From Octopus vulgaris (Eukaryota): a stretch of 64,000 nucleotides of DNA. Below, in pieces: positions 40,419 to 53,673 of this stretch. Position 1 is the stretch's first letter; each line of letters begins with the position of its first letter. Where the stretch lies: positions 79,050,001-79,114,000 of the forward strand of contig OX597817.1 in NCBI GenBank assembly GCA_951406725.2, in the 5' to 3' direction. Both the position numbers and the translations under genes were made by a program. The notes beneath the pieces were generated by a model. The model worked only from the letters and a program-made list of their open reading frames with translations. It searched no databases and was not told the DNA's origin.

Positions 40419-41475
40419 CATGTCTGCAATGATAAAAATACAAATACAAATATAAGAATGCAAGTATGTCATTTTTATCAACGCACATGCACATATCTGC
40501 ACATCTTCCACACATATACATAAATTTAGCATTCAACCTAGTTAACTACTTTTCTGTTTGTTTACCTGTGCATGTATGTGTTTATGTATGTGTGCATATT
40601 CACACAGACACACATGCATATATATATATTCATGTGTGTATGTGTGTTAGTATACATACATATATACACACACACATATATATATATATATATACTTGTA
40701 TATGTATACATCTATATATATGTATGTATATACACTAACACGCAGTATATATGTATATACATATATACATATATATATATACTTATGCATATATATACTT
40801 ATATATATATTATCTTATAAATATATATAAAAACATATGCATACATACTTAAATACAAATATATATATATATATATATATATACATACATACATATACAT
40901 ACACATATATATCTACACACACACACACACTCATATATATATATATAAACTTGTACATACATACATAAATACACACATACATACTATGAACCTATCTGGA
41001 TTAAAAATGGTAGCTTTCAACATATCAAGAGGCTTTTGCAATTATACCCCTGCCACGACTAGGTACAGAAACGGGATTTAAAAGGAAATAAAATATTGTA
41101 GGAAATCCCATATGCAAGCAAATATTCTCTGGCATTAATGTAACTAAAATCATTTTAAATATACTCTTGACTTCTATCATTTCCACTGGTAATTGAAAGG
41201 GGAGTTTTTCTTCTTTGTTGTTAAATTTGCTGATACTTCTGTTTGTCTTTGCATGGGTAATGAGTGTGTGTGTGTGTGTGTGTGTGTGTGCATATATGTA
41301 TGTATGCAATGTATGGGCATGTTTATTAATGTATATATGCTTGTAAGAGTGAAGTAAAATATGTTTCTTTTTATGTACATGTTTTGTCAGTTTATTTATT
41401 GTGATATGCTTGTGTGTGCATGTGTGTGTATACATATATATGTCCATGTATATATATATACATGTGTGTGTGTCC

Positions 41476-41517
<42 letters not shown>

Positions 41518-41748
41518 CCATGTATATATGCACTTAGTGTTGCTTGTTGGAATAGAAGAAAGAGTGCTCAATACCTTAGCAGAGATATCTAATATTTTTG
41601 TTTTGGTCAAGTTAGTCACTTCCTACTCTGGATTTTCACTTGTGTGTTCACATTATGAACAGACTACCTACAACTTATGACTCAGTGAATGCAGATGAAA
41701 CCCAAACATAGGAAGACACCAACTCAGCATGTGAGTGTATGTATATAT

Positions 41749-41854
<106 letters not shown>

Positions 41855-41881
41855 TATACATATATGTATGTGCATGTGTGT

Positions 41882-42571
41882 GACTGGACTGGTATAGTCT
41901 TGTGTTGCATATGGATGAGGACAGCTGTTTGTAATAGTATCACACCCTTGCAGTAGAAGGAACCAGTGGAAGAGGTAGACCCAGGAAAACCTGAGATGAG
42001 GTGCTAAAGCATAACCTTTGAACGTTAGGCATCACCAAGGCAATAACAAGTGACCGAGACATTTAGAGATATGCCATGCTTGAGAAGGTCCGGCAAGCCA
42101 AGTGAGACCATAACTGTGGCCTATGTCAGTGCAACATAACCAGCCCAATTAAGGGTACCCTTCTATCATTTGGCAATAAATTTTGCTTGCAAAGACCTGT
42201 TGAGGCAAGTGAAGTTGTCAGCCAAGCCAATGACACTACCACCTGATTGGCACCCAAATCAAAGGTACATAAAAAGCACCATTTGAGCATGATTGTTGCC
42301 AGTACCACCTGACTGGCTCCCGTGTCAGTGGCACATGAAAAAGCACCACTCAAGCATGGCCAATGCCAGTACTGCCTGACTAACCCTCGTACCGGTGGCG
42401 TGTAAAAAGCACCCACTGCACTTTCGGAGTGGTGGCATTAAGAAGGGCATCCAGCTGTAGAAACATTGCCAGATTGGAGTGGAGCCTTGTGCAGCCTTCT
42501 GGCTTGCCAGACATCAGTCAAAACATCCAACCCATGCCAGCATGGAAAGCAGACATTAAACGACGATGATG
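41882..42571 (+). mobile_element. RTE-clade LINE 3' fragment with 3' UTR and (GAT)n tail
   Basis: [39 protein letters not shown], then UTR ending CCAACCCATGCCAGCATGGAAAGCAGACATTAAACGACGATGAT. The same tail occurs at ~15490, 22375, 28055 and 38020. Confidence 0.75.
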
Positions 42572-42650
42572 TTGCTATGACACATACTCATATATACACA
42601 CATATATATAGGTATATATGTAAATATTTTCTTTCACACACAAGTGTTTT

Positions 42651-42683
<33 letters not shown>

Positions 42684-42819
42684 AGTTACAAGTAATGTAA
42701 CAACCTTCTAAGGGATAGATGTATCCATAGGCACTTCTGTTATTACCTCAGTATGTATGGTCCTTGTTGTAAGGTATATGGTAGTAGGTAATTTAAAGGT
42801 AAAACCATGGTTTAATATA

Positions 42820-42948
42820 TAGAGAGACGATAACAAATGGAGCAATTTACAGTGAGAAGTGGATCATTGGCCATTATTTATTTAATTAAATAATGATCAA
42901 TGTTCCACTTCTCACTGTAAATTGCTCCATTTCGTATCGTCTCTCTCA
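42820..42948. repeat. Palindrome (~58-bp arms)
   Basis: AGAGAGACGATA..AAATGGAGCAATTTACAGTGAGAAGTGGA and its reverse complement TCCACTTCTCACTGTAAATTGCTCCATTT..TATCGTCTCTCT. Confidence 0.85.
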
Positions 42949-42963
42949 CTTTTTCTCTCTCTC

Positions 42964-42998
<35 letters not shown>

Positions 42999-43008
42999 CC
43001 TTGCCGCT

Positions 43009-43040
<32 letters not shown>

Positions 43041-43789
43041 TCTTTCTTCGTCACTCCTGGCCACTCCGTTTTGGACCCTGCTTTCAAGCTGAAAGGACGT
43101 GTTCCCTTGCGCTGCTACTACAACATCCTCCGTCTTGCCAGAAAAAAGGCCTTTTTCGTTTTGTTTTTCTCGTTTGTTTTCTTGTCTTTTGATTTCTCGT
43201 ATTGTATTTGCTTTTTATTTCTCGTTTTGTATTTTCTTGTACATGTATTTTTATCTTGTATTTTAGTTTGCAGTTTCATTTGTATCGTTTTTACATCCCG
43301 TTCTTGTTACAGTTTTTCCTGTCTGTTTTTGCCCCTCTGCGAGGCAATTTTATTTTAATTCTCTCGCAGTGAAGGACTAGTTGACGAGTCGTGTCCTGTC
43401 TTGCCTTCGAAACACGCTTGAGTTAGCTAGTGACAGCTGATGACTGGGGTTTTCTTTTCCTTGTGTGGTGTGTCCCGTACCTTGTTTTTCTGTTGAAAAA
43501 AATAATGTTTTTCCCGTTTTCGTTTCGTCTCTGTTTTTTTTGTTGTAAAAAATGGCTTGTCCGTTTTCGTTTTTCGTTGAGTTCTACGTCTAGTTGCGGT
43601 GTCCTGTACTCACGTATATATATTTATATATGCATGTATATATACATGTATATGTAGGTACGTACATATATGTTTGTATGTATGCATATATTTATATATA
43701 TATATACATTATATATATATATATATACACACATAGAGAAAGAACGATAGAGAGTAAGAGAGAGAGAAAGAGAGTTTACTCAACCCTCC

Positions 43790-44230
43790 AGGACTCAATT
43801 TGAATAACTCCCCAACCTGTAACTGTAGGAACTATTCAATGCCTCATTGAAGGTCAGTATTTCCCACGTAATGCAATCTACAAATGCAATGTCATTACCC
43901 AAACTGATACTAGATATTATAAATGTTCCACATCAAACCCCTTAAGAGCAGTTTTAATATGCACAAACATACATTTCGTTGCAAAAAAATGTTAAGAAAT
44001 ATGACAATCGTAGCAGACTATATAGGAAGTCTAGAGGTATTGATTCTAAATCGCAATGGAATATTATAGTCATAGAGCAAGCAAATAAAGTTAACACAGA
44101 AAGTAAACTTTGCACGATGGAAAATCTTGAAACACTTCTAACAGATAATCAATCAAAGGAAGGAACGTATAATCTCATGCAGAAATAGTTTTCAGAATTT
44201 TAAAATACTTTAAAAAAACAAAAATTCTTT
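43790..44230 (+). pseudogene. Degraded PLE GIY-YIG endonuclease
   Basis: CNCRN..P.EGQ..NAIYKCNV..RYY..ST..FNMHKHTF..W.II..KLC remnants, typical of the PLE Cys-linker plus GIY-YIG. Confidence 0.6.
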
Positions 44231-45127
44231 AAAAAGTCAAAAATCTTTTACAGTTAACAACGGCACAACAAACAACAAAATCCAGTTCTCAAAACTAAGA
44301 TCCTAATTATTCGTCTAAATGGGCTTATGCAATTCAACTGGAATTATTATTTGAATTATTTATATAAATGGTCTTAATATTAAGTTTTGTATACACGATC
44401 ACTTTATACATATCGTGCATAAGGGTTTTACAGATGTACATTTCTATGAGTCTGGACATAAGGATCCATATATGTCTCCGTGAACACAGGCATATATGAT
44501 TATATCAATATTTGTACATGTGTATGTATTTCACATTTGCAAAGTGAAATATTTTGGGCATCTATGTCTATACACGATCGTACGCACGGTTATGTATACA
44601 TATGTATGATTACTTAATATGTAAAAACGTGCGCAGATGTGTATATGCATATATATGACTATATTTATTTATTGATATACTAGCTAGGTTCTCTGAATAC
44701 CCAAGAAATAGTCACACAATGCATCTATTTCAAGTGTTGCCTGCTGCAAAATTGGGATTCTCCGTTCGCTGATTTAGCTCGTAAGAGTCACTACGTTTTA
44801 TTAGCAGACCACGAGATAGATCCCTATTTTCCCAATATTGGCTGGTCTAGAGGAGGCAACCCGTCCTCACCAACACTGGAAACTTCTTTCTCTGACGGCC
44901 TTTTGACCAATTGAACGTAATATTTTTTCCATCTTTGAGAGGTGAAGAGTTAAACTTGTCTTTCTATAGTGTCTGTTCTGCTGTCCACAAGACTGCGGCT
45001 TTCGTGGATGCGAAACCATTGTTCACTCTATGATGAGACTTTAATTTTAGTGATTTAATATTTCACTGCTTTATACTTTGGAGTGTGCTTATTCAGATAT
45101 ATGATATATTGACAATCAATATATATA

Positions 45128-45472
45128 CTTTTATTCTTTTACATATTTCAGTCATTTAACTGTGGCTATGCTGGAACGCCGCCTTTAGTCGAACGAATCG
45201 ACCCCAGGACTTATTCTTTGTAAACCTAGCACTTATTATATGAGTTCCTTTTGCCGAACTGCTAAGTTACCGGTACGTAGACACACCAACACCGATTGTC
45301 AAGCGATGGTGGGGGGACAAATACACACACACATATGTGTATATATACGACGGACTTCTTTCAGTTTCCGTCTACCAAATGCACTCACAAGAAACTTGTC
45401 CAAGGTGCCACGCAGTGGGACTGAACCAGGAACCATGTGGCTGGAAAGCAAGCTTTTTACCACACAGCCACT

Positions 45473-45474
<2 letters not shown>
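45128..45474 (-). mobile_element. SINE family A with internal deletion
   Basis: Homolog lacking the GGCTTTGGTCGGCCCGAGGCTATAGTAG segment. Confidence 0.85.
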
Positions 45475-45549
<75 letters not shown>

Positions 45550-45829
45550 TAACAGTTATAAAAATAAAGAGATGTTAAAAGTTCGAAATATATATTATAT
45601 TAAATTATATTATATTTTGAACTTTTAACATCTCTTCTCCATTTTTATAATTGTTTATAGTATTTTATATAAGATTTAATCTTATACATACGTATAACGA
45701 ACTATACTACTTTCATATTTTAATTGCTTGTTCTAGCAGGTATTATTTTGATGAAGTTTTATTAAGATATTTTCTCTTTTCTCAAATATTTTCTCAAAAA
45801 ATTTGAATTGTTCTACTTGAGCTATTTCC

Positions 45830-45891
<62 letters not shown>

Positions 45892-46058
45892 ATATATATA
45901 TATTATTTATTATATAGAAGGAGCTTCTACAGGACTAGAACTGTTTCATTCAAGAGAAATCTTCAGGAAGAAGCTCCTTCTATATAATAAATTAATTTTA
46001 CTCTGCTATGTATTGAGTACCTTATTTACTGTGGTTAACCCCGAATCAACCCGGGACC

Positions 46059-46092
<34 letters not shown>

Positions 46093-46409
46093 CATATGTA
46101 TATATGTATATATACATGCTGAAAAAAATATATATATACATACATACAGATTTTTATCTGTCCACCCTGACGACAGAAGCCAGATCTATCCAATGTTTAT
46201 TTACGTATCTACCAACATTATGAAGTGAGTCCGAACACCTAGAAACAGCTGTCGGACGTGTAACACTTTACCTTCTCTTTATTTTTCTGTGACTTTGTAG
46301 TCCATGTACGTTTGCTCTGTTTAAAAATATTTATATATATATATTACTTGAATATTCATTGTGTAAACGTTTTCAGTCTTTCCTTTCTCTCTATCTACAT
46401 TTATACATG

Positions 46410-46506
<97 letters not shown>

Positions 46507-46684
46507 ATATATATATATATATGTATATATGTAGATGGATAAATATAAATATATAGATATAGATATATTCATATATAAGTATGTGTGTATGTTTAGAGAG
46601 GGAAAGGAAAAAGGGGAGAGAGAGGGTGATAGGAGCAAATGAAGATACACACATACACATGCACGCACGGACGCAAACACACAC

Positions 46685-46736
<52 letters not shown>

Positions 46737-46739
<3 letters not shown>

Positions 46740-47763
46740 GAAAAAAGTAAAAAGTGAAAAAATTACAGAAGGCTTGTTTTAAAAGGTTAAAAAATATATA
46801 TTTGAGTCATTATGTCTGAAGAATGTTATAAATTCTTTTCATACAATGATATAGTTTTTAGAAATGACCGGTTTCGCGTTCAGCTTTTCAAATTTCTTAC
46901 ATCGTTATGTTTACGTTGAGGAGTGTGAAGGAGAGTTCCAGATAAGGGAGGTAATAAGTGATTTCTTCCGGTGTAAGGCAAAATTGTTTTCTGAAATTAC
47001 GGATGCAAAATGAAAAAAAATGTGGTAGACCGAACTGTGCAACATGTCCAAACCTGCTAGAAGGATCAGAATTCCTCTTCAAAGAGGGACAGAAACTCAA
47101 GATCAAGTCTAATTTTACTTGTGCCTCTGAAAACATAATTTATGTCATAAAATGCTCGGGCTGCCACCAAAACTACGTGGGGTCCACGGGACTATCACTC
47201 AGACGTAGATGCACACTGCATCGACAACAGATTGCATTCCCAGAATACAGAAATGATACCCTTTAGTGAGCACATTGAGAAATGCGCAAAGCAACTACTA
47301 CCACAATATTTAATCCTTCCATTTTACCAATGTGCTATCGGAACACCAACACAAATTAGACTAAACAAGGAAACATTCTTCATTGAAAAATACAAGCCCA
47401 AACTTAACCATTCCAACATTCTTATACAGAGAAACTCACTCCAAAAAAAGGCAAGAAATATTAAGCGATTATCTCCCTTACACCGGAAGAAATCACTTAT
47501 TACCCCCCCCCCCCCTTATCTGGAACTCTCCTTCACACTTCTCAACGTAAACATAACGATGTAAGAAATTTGAAAAGCTGAACGCGAAACCTGTCATTCA
47601 AAAACTATGTCATTGTATGAAAAAAATTTATAACATTCTTCAGACATAATGACTCAAATATATATTTTTTAACCTTTTAAAACAAGCCTTCTGTAGTTTT
47701 TTCACTTTTTACTATTTTCTATATATTCAACTACGTGCTTTCACACACCAACTTTCGCACCTA
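46737..47763 (+). mobile_element. 5'-truncated Penelope-like element: inverted pLTR + GIY-YIG + pLTR
   Basis: ~240-bp inverted repeats (46737-46978 / 47476-47722) flank CGRPNCATC..FTCASENIIYVIKCSGCHQNYVGSTG..RRRCTLH..R..KETFFIEKYKPKLN (one frameshift near 47250). Confidence 0.9.
46861..46896 (-). ncRNA. Minimal type I hammerhead ribozyme motif (U3-A8 variant)
   Basis: GAAAT-TTGAAAA-GC(TGAAC)GC-GAA-ACCGGT-C-ATTTC: 5-bp stem I, palindromic stem III, GUC site. Confidence 0.7.
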
Positions 47764-47766
47764 TGT

Positions 47767-47854
<88 letters not shown>

Positions 47855-48181
47855 GGATAGATATAAATATAGATATAGATATATTCATATATAAGTATGT
47901 GTGGCTCTAAACCCGAAAACATGCGGTTGGGAAGAGCAAGCTTCTTACCACACAGCCACGTTGAATCGCTAAACACTACAGTTTTTCTCTCTCTGTTTTT
48001 TTTTTTTTTCATTCTCTCTCCATTTTTCCTCCCTTATTCCTTTTTTGTCGAAGAGTGTAGGTTCGAAACGTAAAAGACTCTTCAATTTTTTCCGAGCGTT
48101 AAACTAATACACCTGCTTCTTGTTCTTCGTCTTTTGTTTTTCTATAAATTTGAACTGTACATATATATATATATATATATA

Positions 48182-48415
48182 TAGGTGAGAAAGTTGGTGT
48201 GTGAAAGCACGTGGTTGGATATATAGAAAATAGAAAAGAGTGAAAAACTACAGAAGGCTTGTTTTATAAGGTTAAAGAATATATTTAAGTCGTTATGTTA
48301 GAAGAATGTTATAAATTTTTGCATATAGTAATATAGTTTTTGAAGAAATTACCGGTTTCGTGTTAACTTTTCAAATTTCTCAAATGTCTTTACCTACATC
48401 GTGTCATGCCTTCGT
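48182..48415 (-). mobile_element. Solo pLTR of the same PLE group
   Basis: Near-identical to 61750-61940 and homologous to 46737-46900. Contains the hammerhead motif at 48344-48380. Confidence 0.8.
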
Positions 48416-49914
48416 TTGTAGAAATACATAAATCTGGAGGGGAAGCACACTCTAATTTAGCCTTACTGTGTATCGTTAAGGCTAATCACCTTATGAGCGA
48501 GAAACCCAAAGTAAACTCATAAACCGCCCTCCCTCATTATAATATGTGTATGTGTGTGTATGTATATTCGTATGTATGTATGTATGTATGTATGTATGTA
48601 TGTATGTATGTATGTATGTATGTATGTATATGAAAACATCCATACCTACCACCTATCTATAAAATCATTGAAAATACATACCTGAGAAAGAGCCGTAAGT
48701 AAAAAGCAGTTTTTGCAACACTATATACATAATTTTTTGAAGCTTTTTTGTTCTCCGGGTCTTATTGGCTCTTGTTTTCTCTGTTAAAAACACGTCATCA
48801 CTTTAGCAGGTTACATTTTAAGCTTCCTGGTGATGCTTACACATACTCCAACCATTTAGCTTACAATAGAGGGCATTTAGTTGATATATAGATATGTAAT
48901 TTCACAGCTAATATTTTAGTATATGGAATATAAATCATTATATGCTATTAAAACTCAGTAAGAGATTGAGAAAAATATATAGAACAATGAATACACACAC
49001 ACAAACAAAAAGAAGCAAATAAAACCTGTGTTCTTTAAACTCCATATATATGTGGTTCAATACCCATGAGGGATCTATTCCTATTTTGAATTGCAAATTC
49101 GTACTCACAAATATATGATCTCACTCTTTCTTTTTCAATCTGTATATGTGTATGTACGGGTATGTATGAATGTATGTGTATGTGTGTGTATACACTTATA
49201 TATACATATAATATATAATCAAGTATAGATATATGTAGATGTATAGGTATCTATCTATGTATGGATGGATTTCTCTCTCTCACTTTATATATATATATAT
49301 ATATATAGTGCCTGTATATCCTTAGGTACAATTATATATTTCTATGCATACAAACATACAAATTTATACAAAATTAATACATTATACTGCACTTTGAAAG
49401 GTACTCTTATCTTTAAATTTTCCTTTGCAACTGGGGATTTAAAATGAAATCCTAACTAAGAATACGGGTTTTGTTTTTGATCTAGGTAGAAGCATTTTTG
49501 TCATTTAAAACATATGATCCATTACATTCTAAAGTTTTATATAAATATGTTTTAAAAGGATCTCTAATAGCATAAGTGCATTCATCTCTGACATGTTTAG
49601 AATCCCTTGTCAATAAAGTAAATTAATAAAATATTTAAAATTCTAGTCAGACTCCCAAAGCCTATAAAATCTATATTCCTTATTGTTTTAAGATATTAGA
49701 ACTTGTTAAACACCTCTGGGCCGCACAGCATGCGCCTCCACACATATATATATATATTCTTTATGTTGTATGTTTCGTTTCTCTGTTTTTTTTCGTTGTT
49801 TGAAAAAGTTCGTTTCTATGTTTTTGTTTTTATGCTTTCGTTTCTCATTGTGTTCAACGTTTTCTGATGTCCTGTACTCATATATGCATGTATATATAGG
49901 TATTTTCGCTCAAT

Positions 49915-50106
49915 AACCACTGGCTAGGGCAGCGGACTCGCGGTCGTAGGATCGCGGTTTCGATTCCCAGACCGGGCGTTGTGTGTGTTTATTGAGCGAA
50001 AACACCTAAAAAGCTCCACGAGGCTCCGGCAGCGGGGTGGCGTCATTCGAAGGCTAAAACAATGCGAACGCATTGTGACCAGCGATGTGTAGCAACATCT
50101 GATGGT
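49915..50106 (+). mobile_element. tRNA-derived SINE family C
   Basis: TAGGGCAGCGGACTCGCGGTCGTAGGATCGCGGTTTCGATTCC head. Second copy at 58781-58978. Confidence 0.75.
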
Positions 50107-50200
50107 CAATATACATCAATATGCAAATTAATAAAACCATAAGAATAATACACATAAAATGGTCCTTACAGCTGTTTATATATATATATATATATATATC

Positions 50201-50565
50201 ATTTTGTTTCAGTCGTTAGACTGTGGCCATGCTGGACACCGCCTTAAAGAATTTTTAGTCGAATATATAGGCCTAAGTGCTTATTTTTTAAAAAGCCTTG
50301 TACTTATTCTCTCGATCTCTTTTGCCGAACCCCTAATTTACAGAGACGTAAACATACAAACACTGGTTGTCAAGCGGCGGTGGGTGACGAACACAGGTAC
50401 ACACACATACGACGGACTTCTTTTAGTTTCGTCTACCAAATCCACTCACAGGGCTTTGGTCAGCCCGAGTCTATAGTAGAAGATATTCGTTCAAGTTGCC
50501 ACACAGTGGGACTGAACCTGGAACCATGTGGTTGGAAAGCAAGTTTCTTGCCACACAGCTACGCA
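50201..50565 (-). mobile_element. SINE family A
   Basis: Full-length diverged homolog. Confidence 0.8.
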
Positions 50566-50714
50566 TACGCACATACACACACTGTCTCATTGCTTGATTG
50601 ATTGATATATATTTAAATATGTATTTGTAAGTACTTGAGCATTAAGTTTTCGGTGTTAGCAGGAATAGATAATGAAATCCTCAGTGCTGAAAACGAATTA
50701 TCAAAATATTTTTT

Positions 50715-51278
50715 GAATCTTTACCTTTAGACCTAGAGATTTAAAAAATAATTTTTTGTAACTAAATACTTTCAAACTTCGGACACTGGTAGGTCAAAAA
50801 GTAAAGATCCGGGTTAGGGTTAGGGCTAGGATTTTAGTGTCAGGGTGTTAGGGTTTGGGTTTTAGGGCTAGGGTTTTAGGGTTAGGGTTAGGGTTTTAGG
50901 GTAAGGTTTAGAGTTTTAGGGTTAGGGTTTTAGGGTTAGGGTTTTAGGGTTAAGGTTTTAGGGTTAAGGTTTTAGGGTTAGGGTTTTAAGTTTAGGGCTG
51001 TCATAAATAACAGTAACAAAAGAAATATACACCGCCGGAAGTTCTTGTTGACAAACAACAGCAGTAATTGTATTCAGCAGAATACACGTCATTGATTGGT
51101 TGAAATTACCAAAATACTACAAATTTAACGTGAAATAATTTCCTAAATATAAGTTTTTCTCAAAAATGCTAAGAGTAAAAGATGTTTTATATGACACATT
51201 CTACCAGTGTTCGAAGTTTGAAAGTGTTTAGTTACAAGAAAATATTTTAAAAATCTGTCGGTCAAAAGGTAAAGATCC
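50715..51278. mobile_element. MITE (Merlin-like) carrying telomere-like repeats
   Basis: ~75-bp imperfect TIRs G(A/G)ATCTTTACC.. / ..GGTAAAGATCC and 8-bp TSD TATTTTTT (50707-50714 and 51279-51286). Confidence 0.6.
50811..50998 (+). repeat. Interstitial degenerate telomeric repeat (TTAGGG/TTTTAGGG)n
   Basis: Direct reading. Confidence 0.9.
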
Positions 51279-51544
51279 TATTTTTTTAAAGTTAAAGCTT
51301 TATATTTTGTCGCCCTAAATTTCATGTTTCTGCCCCTTGAATAAAATTTGAGGAATGAAACTAAAAGTTGTTCATAAGGATATTCAGAAAACGAAATCAA
51401 AAAGGAGCATTTCATGGGATACATTGAAAAAAAAATAAAGTCAAATAAATAAATAAATAATATTTTGATAAGATACAAATGCAACGATAAAATTCATTAG
51501 CTAAAGCTAACTAAAAGACAAATAATATATATATATATCAGTAT

Positions 51545-52972
51545 AGGCGTAGGAGTGGCTGTGTGGTAAGTAGCTTGCTTACCAGCCCCATGGTTCTGGG
51601 TTCAATCCTACTGCGTGGCACCTTGAGCAAGTGTCTTCTACTAGCCTCGGGTCGACCAAAGCCTTGTGAGTGGATTTGGTAGACGGAAACTGAAAGAAGC
51701 CCGTCGTATATCTTTATATATATAAAACTGAGAATGTGTGTCTGTCTGTCTGTTTGTCTGTGTGTTTCCCTAAAACTTGAGAACTACACAACCAATTTCA
51801 TTCAAATTTTACACATGTCTTACTTAGGGTCCATGTAGTTTCATGGGCAAAAAAATGTTCAACTTCTTGCCTAGAGCGAGCCCATAGCAATATCATATCT
51901 TCTCCACTATTTCAGTATTACGTGTTAAAAGTGAAACAAAAACGTTTCTCTATTTTATGTCAGATACTTTCACTTTAACAATAAAAATAATAATAACAAT
52001 TGAATTATATGTAGTAAGTAATAATTAAAATCAAACTAAAGTAACATGACAAAAGTAAAAATAGCAATTGGTATAAAATTGCATCAATGATTTGAACTTG
52101 AATAAGTGGTTTCACATGAATGGGAATAAATTAAAAATAAAATTAGCGTGCAGAAATGGAATAGTCCAGATGGATAATAAAAGAATTAATTAAAGAAATG
52201 ACTATTGTCTATAAAGTATTCAATGTAGAGAAAAAAGATTTGAACACATGGAGGAAAGTACCTTCGAAAAGTGTCTTGGTGCGACTATGAAAGGTATCTA
52301 ATCAGAGGCGGTAAATTCGCCACAATAGAAGCAAGGTTCAAGTCAACGGAGCGTGCAAGGGAGTACTCGACTTGAACTTGCAAAGTGGAGATATTTTATT
52401 TTTACCTTTATATCTGGGACGTAGGACGTCCCGGAAAAATTTTAAATGCCCCCCCCCTCTAGAAGTAGCGGTAGGGTGGATTGTAGCCACACTTCTATAC
52501 AAGAGGGTGGACAAGATACAATTGATCGAAATTAAAAGAGACGGGCTAACAATTCTAGTCTGTTATATATTTTGAGTATTGTTATCACTAGCGATATCAA
52601 GATATAACTTTGTATTTTGTATTTTATGTGTAGATGTATATATATAGATGTACATGTAATATGTACACATATATACACATATATACATGCACTAGCACTA
52701 TGACCCGGCAACGACGGGTCTTTAATGCTAGTATGTATATATATATATGTATGTGTGTGTATAGGTTTGTGTCTCTGTGTTTGTCCTCCCAACATCGCTT
52801 GACAACTGATGCTAGTGTGCTTACGTGCTTACGTCCCCGTAACAAAAGAGACCGATAGAATAAGTACTAGGCTTACAAAGAATAAGTCCTGGGGTCGATT
52901 TGCTCGAGTAAAGGCGGTGCACTAGCATGGCCACAATCAAATGTCTGAATCAAGTAAAAGAGTAAAAGAGAG
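51545..52972 (+). mobile_element. SINE family A split by a Helitron insertion
   Basis: Head 51545-51710, resumes after 52731 with linker and tail. Confidence 0.88.
51711..52731 (+). mobile_element. Non-autonomous Helitron (~1.0 kb)
   Basis: A|TCTTTATATATATAAAACTG 5' end, GACCCG-GCAACGA-CGGGTC hairpin then CTAG|T 3' end, no TSD, inserted at AT of the SINE linker. Confidence 0.88.
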
Positions 52973-53060
52973 TCTATTTGAATCATATTATGAGCTAGTA
53001 TTTTAGACCATTCGCGAAACAATTCACACGCAAATGCTATAATAAATCACTAAAGAAAGT

Positions 53061-53096
<36 letters not shown>

Positions 53097-53441
53097 ACGA
53101 GAGAATGAAAGAAAGTTTAGGCATGATATTGTGAGAAAGGGGATAATGGAAAATATAGCGAGGAAAATCGTTAACATTCAAAACTCGCTCAGAATTCGCA
53201 CACAAAGTATACATCATAAACAACCTGCAGTACAACAAAGAAAACAGAATAAAATAAAAACACGGGAAATAAAAATCAAGAGGGAAAGGATAAAAAAAAC
53301 GATTGTCAAAAATTTTCCGTTAAAAATTTTCAACGGTCAATTGAAAAGTACCGAGGAAATGTTTCTTTTTAAGCAGGCAATTACAATGAATATCATTTCT
53401 TGCATTCAAGTTGCTTCCGTGCTCTTAGTGTATAGATATTC

Positions 53442-53659
53442 TTTTCTTTTCTACTCTAGGCACAAGGCTCGAAATTTTGGGGGAGGGAGCCCAGTCGATT
53501 AGATCAACCTCAGTATGTAACTTGTACTTAATTTGTTAACCCCGAAAGGATGAAATGCAAAGTCGACCTCGGTGGAATTTGAACTCAGTACGCAAAAACA
53601 GACGAAATACCGCTAAACATTTCACCTGGCGTGCTAACGTTTCTGCCAGCTCACCGCCG
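53442..53659 (-). mobile_element. SINE family B
   Basis: Homolog with Deu/Nin-like core. Confidence 0.85.
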
Positions 53660-53673
53660 TTGGCTGACAAAAT

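Noticed and set aside
50811-50998. True chromosome end
   Set aside because: Short, degenerate, internal and enclosed by TIRs and a TSD.
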